Below are positions 57,863 through 64,000 of a stretch of 64,000 nt of DNA, piece by piece. Made by a program: the position numbers and the translations under genes. A model generated the notes under the pieces. The model made no database searches. It was given only the letters and a program-made list of their open reading frames with translations, and had not been told where the DNA came from. The DNA is from the human T2T-CHM13v2.0 reference genome, Homo sapiens. Where the stretch lies: assembly GCF_009914755.1 (NCBI RefSeq), contig NC_060929.1; one strand, 5' to 3'. Each line of letters begins with the position of its first letter. Positions within the stretch are counted from its first letter, which is position 1.

Positions 57863-60800
57863 TAATCTAATGTCAGAAGCAAGATGCAAAGGCTCCAAGC
57901 CTTCTTTGTTACTTACAGTTACAGCACTGTTATCCAAACAGTAACAAAGAAAGCCTTTGGAAGGCTTTCAAGTATCTGGCGATACTTGAAATTGTGTATG
58001 ATACTCACCTGAGCCTATTGTGATCTTCACTTGTACAAGTTGTCTTTATGCTGCGAGATAAGTCCTCTCTTGGTTTGAGCTCCCACCTTTTCAGTGAACT
58101 CTTACATTTTGGGGGATCTGCTCTTGTAAAGGACATCCTTTCTGGTGAGTATTCTTTTGGTTTAATTTTTGGTTTGGTTATTTGTGCATGAATTTAATCT
58201 CATTAGGAAACAAGTTAAGTTGAATAGACCAACTAGTGAATTAATCCGTCACCAAAATATATGTTTTTGGCATTTACCTGTTTATTTTGAAACTCTTTGT
58301 AAGAAATGTAAACCTGTAATGATAATCTCTGCTTTGTAAGGATATCTCCCTCTCTGACACCTAAAACACTAGATGCTTTCACAAAGCAAAAGGAAGAGAC
58401 CTAAATCTATCTATCTGTGTAAACTCACCCTTGACCATTTCATTTTGAAGGCTTCCTATATATGCTTTTTTTCATCTCAACAAATAGTGGTGTTTAAGTT
58501 CTGTACCTTTGAGATTTAAATTTTCTACATTCCTTCACCTAAAAATCATCTCTTTGGAAGTACAAATTTTGGGTGGCCTAACTAACACTTGTTTATGGGC
58601 CAATTGAACAGATCATTAAAAGACAGATAGTCTGAAAGAGGGAGTAAAACTACTTGCAAGCCAGGCAAATAACAATTCTTAATGCAAGTTGTAAGTTCTT
58701 CCTCTGTCTGTATTTTTCTACGTGTGTGTGTGTGTGTGCGTATGTACAATTTTTTCTACCAAAATTCATAAACGGCTCTACTTAATTGGCTTACAGAGAA
58801 AACATAAGTGTTTAAACTAAGAATTCTCTCAGAAAAACAGAAACTCAATTGCCTTTTGGCTTATGTGATGAAATAATCTTTGGCAGACAAAGCTAGTTTT
58901 AAAATTTGTTGGCAAAATAAAAACAAATATTTTCAGAATTGTCAGCATTAATTACAATGTACAGATACAGTTTTTAAACCTAAAGTTACTGGTGAAACAA
59001 GCTTGCTATTACTGAGATGTATAATGAATGTCTTAAAGCTATAAATCCACTCATCGTTGTGTTTAAGGAGGAACTGAAGCACAATTGTTAAGAACAAGTG
59101 AATTAGGTGAATATACATTGACAAAAGGTTGATAATAAAGTTGTCAGAATTTCAAAAATAATTTAGTGTGACTTGAAATCTTAAAATCATGTTATATTAA
59201 ATTAAGTAACACTTTACTGATTTAATATTTGAGTCATTTCTAAGGAAAATACTGAAATATCAATTGCTTAACAGAAGTTTAAAATATACGTAATTTGGCA
59301 TCTTGGTTTCACATGTTATGGAAAAGCTAAACATATTTGGGCCTGTTAATTAAAGGCATAAAAATTATTTTATGAGATGGTGTTCATCTGCAAAATACTA
59401 ACATGATGCACTTCAAAATGCTTACTAATTTTCACTAGAAATTAAGGTTACTAAGAGTTAATTAAAATTAATATTAGAGTAATTTAAACTAGAAATAATG
59501 AAGGGAAACAAATCTGTACGTGAGGGAAGGAAAACACATACAGAAAGTTATAAGTAAGAGGTTGTGTTTTTGTTAAGGGAAAAAGAGAGTATTTTTTGTC
59601 TAAAAGTAGAATGTCTTACTGTTCCAAAAAGAAAAAGAGAAAAAATATAGACAAAAACTGAATAAGATAACTGGATGACAAATTTATAGAAAGTTTGTGG
59701 AAGATTAATCTTGTGAAAAGAATTTTATGTGTGACCAAGTTGGCTAAAGTTAAAAGGAAATTATTTATAAATATTCTGAAAACTTGAGCATTATTATCAA
59801 AAGTACAGGAATGGAAAACTTGAAATTTGTCCCCTGTGCTGAAACAACAAGCTTTTCTTTGAGTATTGACCTGCTCTTAATAGAAAATAGTGAAATGTTT
59901 TCTCTACCTTTTAGATAACTGGCCTAATAAACCAAGATTTTTTGTTTATCAAGGTAATTTCTTATGCTTTATGCTCTCTTTTACTAGGTCTTTGATTACT
60001 TGAGAAAAGTGAGTGAGGTGGGGCCAAGATGGTTGACTAGAAGCAGCTAGTGTGTGCCACTCTCACAAATAGCAGAAAGAGTGGTGAGACACTAGCTCTT
60101 CAACCGGAACATCCAGGTGGACACATAAGGATTCATCAGTGACATAGTGTGACCTTCGGATCACGGAGAAGAGTGAGACAGATCAACCATTCACCCAGGA
60201 GTGGCACAGACCCAGGGGAATCCCCCTACAAGAAAATGGTGAGTGAGTGAGAGTCCCGTGGGATGCATATTTCTGCCACGAACCTTTGAATCCCTGGGCT
60301 CAGGAGATACCCCAGCTGGGGTCTCCAGACCAAAACAGAGAGCCATGTGGAGTCTGGGTAGAGCTGCTTCTTAGGTAGGTGTGGAGTCCCAGTAGCATTT
60401 GTTCCCTGGGTACCCCAAAACCAGGGGCTGCAGCTCCAGCAATTGGGAAGGCCAAGTTTTCTTGCACGCTCCCCAGAAAAGGGGCCAAGTCCATGGGGCT
60501 GAGCAGTGATAGACTGCAGACCTCACCACCACTGAACCTTGTAGGATAAGGCCCACTAGCCTGGGATGCTAGTGAGGCCACCCTAGTCCTCCTGAGTTCT
60601 CCAGCTGGGAGCAGCTCTACACTTCTCCGGCATGCAGCTCCCAAAGAGAGAGGCAGTCCACCTTTTTGCTGTCTCGCAACCCTCCCTCCTGCTGCTCTCA
60701 GGCTTGGGAGGGTGCACAGCAATTAGGGACTATCACAGAACCCCAGCACAGTGCATCTGGTGAACTTAAAAAAATCAACAAGTGAAAAACAAACAATCCC

Positions 60801-62400
60801 ATTTAAACGTACACAAAGTACATGAACGGACACTTTCAAAGGAGGGCATACATGTGGCCAGAAAGCATATGACAAAATGCTCAACATCACTAATCATTAG
60901 AGAAATGCAAATCAAAACCACAATGAGATACCATCTCACACCAATGAGAATGGCTATTACTAAAAACTCAAAAAATAAGAGATGCTAGTGAGGTTGTGGA
61001 GAAAAGGGAATGATTATACAGTGATGGTGGGAATGTAAGGTAGTTCAGCCATTGTGGAAAGCAGTGTGGCCATTTCTCAAAGAACTCAAAGCAGAAGTGC
61101 CATTCAACTCATCAATCCTACTATTGAGTATATACCAAAAGAAATACAAATCATTCTACCATAAAGACACATGCACGTGTATGTTCATTGCAGCACTTTT
61201 CACAATAGCAAAGACATGGAATCAACCTAAATGCCCATCAGTGGTAGACTGGATGAAGAAATGTGGTAGATATACAACATGGAATACTATGCAGCCATAA
61301 AAAGAATGAGATCATCTCTTTTCCAGCAACATGAGTGGAGCTGGAGGCCATTATCCTAGAAAACCCAATACCATATGTTCTCACTTATAAGGGGAGCTAA
61401 ACATTGAGTACATATGGACACAAATGGAACAACAGACACTGGGCCTACTTTAGAGTGGAGGGAGGAAGGAGGATGAAAATTTAAAAATTACCTACTGGGT
61501 ACTATGCTTATTATCTGGGTTATGAAATAATCTATACACCAAACCCCGTGACACACAATTTACCCATATAAATGCGTAAGTAACCCACATGTGTACCCCT
61601 GAACCTAAAATAAAAGTTAAAAAAAGAGAAAAGTAAATGTTCTCAGTATTAAAAAGCTATGTTTTTGTTGACAATTATGTAAATTTCTACATTTATTTTT
61701 TGAAATCTTTTAATTTTCATTTTGGTTACCTGTTATCATACTCTGATAAAGTGTTTTAAACTGTTTGATGTTTTTGACAAACTTCCCAAAATAATATTTT
61801 AAATTAACTCTTTTTGCCCTCAAGTTAATTTTGATATTTCTCATTTGGACCCCTGGAAAGATCAAAGAATGTGTATCTCACATTGTAAAGAGATATATTA
61901 AACTAATGAGACTTACTTGATATATTAAATTATATAGGGAGTATTGTCAAATACTAAGTGGTGCTAAACCTTCTTTAAGTTGTATTTCAGAATGTTATTG
62001 ATATGTGTTACAAAATTATATTGAATTCTTCAAAATCTGATATGTTATCGGTCATAATCTTGGTTATTATCTTCAAGTTTTGTATGCCACAGAAATAAAC
62101 AAATTTCTTTGTCAATTACATTATTATTATAATAAACTCCATGAGATTTTTAACCATGGCCACTCTAAGTCTGTCATCCACAGGGACCGACTGCTTTCAT
62201 TCTTTTCGAAAAGCATTTGCCATCAGCTACAATAAAAAATTGCTTCTTCTCTGAAACTGATGACCCATTAAGGTTTAACCCATATACTCCTCTATATACC
62301 TCTACAGCCTCCCCAAATCAAGTTGATATATTCCCCTAGCAGTCTGTGCAATGGAGACCAACACTACATTCTTTTAGATTGTTTTAAATTACATTTTTGA
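57863..62400 (+). mobile_element. Non-autonomous ERV1 (MER4-group-like) internal sequence, interrupted by an L1
   Basis: Follows the LTR and PBS; leader with splice donor TTCTGGTGAGTA (about 58140), then AT-rich non-coding internal-type sequence. The 3' limit is uncertain. Confidence 0.5.
60016..61625 (+). mobile_element. L1PA15/16-like element with the 5' UTR joined directly to the ORF2 3' end
   Basis: 5' start GGGGCCAAGATGGTTGACTAGAAGCAGCT; junction at about 60761; ORF2 C-terminus (ORFs 60782, 61052); CCTGAACCTAAAATAAAAGTT plus A tail; TSD GAGAAAAGT(G/A)A(G/A)TG at 60002-60015 and 61626-61639. Confidence 0.85.
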
Positions 62401-64000
62401 ACTTCCAGTTTATTACATACCAAGAGTTGATTACAACCTCCTTGTTTCATAAGTGGAAGCTATGTTAGGGTTGGATGTGGGTGCCATAATTTCTTCAAGG
62501 ATCCTGGACAGAGACCCACATCAGGATCAGAAACCCTACGATAGCATTGCAGATCTCATGGCTCACTAATCCTTGAAGATTATAATTTTCATCCTACTAT
62601 CAGTTGCACTTTCTGTCACTTTTACTGCATTAAGTCTCCCGGTATCAAACAGAGCTCTGTGGTGTCACTGACTGAGGAATGGAATAGAGATGTCCACAAG
62701 GGGTCTTGATATCATGACTGCACAGAGATGTGAAAGGAGAGACCACTTCCTCACCACCCAGCTACTTCACTTCTCTCCCGGTATCAGCCCTATAGTCGGA
62801 CCTAGGCTTTCAGAAGTGTAAGTGTGCAAACAAGTTTCGGTTGGACTTTAAGAGGACACTTTGTCATAGAAGAAAATCCAGTATCTCTAAGCTGGTTTTC
62901 TTTTCAGGAAAACATCCTGAGGGACCAGTAAGCAGGGAGATCCTTTTTCTAGTTTGCCTGTAGAGTTAGGAAGACAGTTGATTTTTCAGTCTTTTACAGG
63001 ATGCTTAAACAAAGCTGTGTAATTACATAAGGTGGATCTTTATCTTGCCTAAGAAGATAAAGTGGGAATCTTCACTCCGCCAGGGCAAATTTCCAAAGAG
63101 CTCATTTATTCCATGTCTTTCAAACTTTCATGAGATACATTTCTCTTTCACATTGTTGCTGATTTCCAAACAGCTGTCAGCTAGTTTTTTCCTCCCCCTT
63201 TCCTATTCTTCACTATTTTGATAGCAAAGCTCATAGAATTAGAGGACTTAGAAGATGCTTTGTAAACATTGCCACAAAGGAACTGCTGAAATGATTCACA
63301 GGAAGACTGGTCAGTTGGGAGAAAGATCCTAAAGATGTTACACTGGTTTTCAACAACATGCTTAGAGAATTCTTGAAGCAGATAGGTGTCAACCCAGTGA
63401 AAACAACATTTTGATTTATTTTTTTTTTTAAGTTTATGGTGATTGTGTCGGTTTCTAAAATAAGCAAATATTCAAGTCAAGAGATGTTTTGTTTTTTCTT
63501 CTGCCAAGAATGGGGTTAGGGGAGCAAAGACACAATTTGGGAAAGGACATATGTGCTATTATAGGGATCACCTTTAAGTTTCTGGGAAGGAATGGGCACG
63601 GGTGAGTAGGTTGGCTCAACATTGTCCTGCACTGCTTATTAGGACCTGAGACGTGCAAGGGAAATGTGGGTGACATCAGGGCACCCAGGGCACAGCCCCA
63701 CTAACTGCTGTGCTGAGTTTCTGTAGCCTGCCACGTTTCCCTTGGTGAAGTAAATGAAGATCAAGGAGTCATTTTATGATGTCCTGGTGCTGAGAATAAT
63801 AAATGTCTTGTTACAAACAGATGTAACAATGGTTTTTTTCTGGATTATTATCAGGGTGGTCAGCTCTGGGTTAAGCACCCACATCCAATTTGTACAATAA
63901 TATTGATACATAGGGCTACGCTTATTACTGCTCAAGCATTCTGTTTTAATAATTGTGTTTTACTTCTAAAGGTTAAATAAAAGCAAAAAATGGGGCTAAA

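Noticed and set aside
60300-60722. 140 aa antisense ORF in the L1 5' UTR as ORF0
   Set aside because: No recognisable ORF0 sequence; GC-rich UTR DNA gives long open frames by chance.

Overview
AT-rich, repeat-dense primate non-coding DNA, most likely human because it carries an AluYa5. I find no credible host protein-coding gene, RNA gene or CRISPR array. Every ORF in the track is repeat-derived or chance; the only real coding remnants are HERV-K(HML-6) gag/pro/pol fragments and L1 ORF2 pieces. The dominant structure is a ~10 kb inverted duplication (left arm 2475-12847, right arm 36364-46378) around a 23.5 kb spacer. The right arm is the source, because an HML-6 provirus runs through its inner boundary, and the left arm is the derived copy. 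By eye the inner ~5 kb of the arms has no substitutions while the outer ~5.4 kb has at least 23, which suggests gene conversion or recurrent inversion. The most striking single observation is an AluY tail reading (AAAAG)6(AAGGG)86 in the left arm, whereas the paralogous tail in the right arm is an ordinary interrupted (AAAAG)~20. This is the same motif switch as the RFC1/CANVAS repeat, with the presumed ancestral state preserved in the same window. Also present are a twin-primed L1PA4 with a 21-bp TSD, a TSD-flanked L1 with both ends but no middle, and a few candidate lncRNA exons. Repeat subfamily names come from recalled consensus sequences and all alignments were done by eye.
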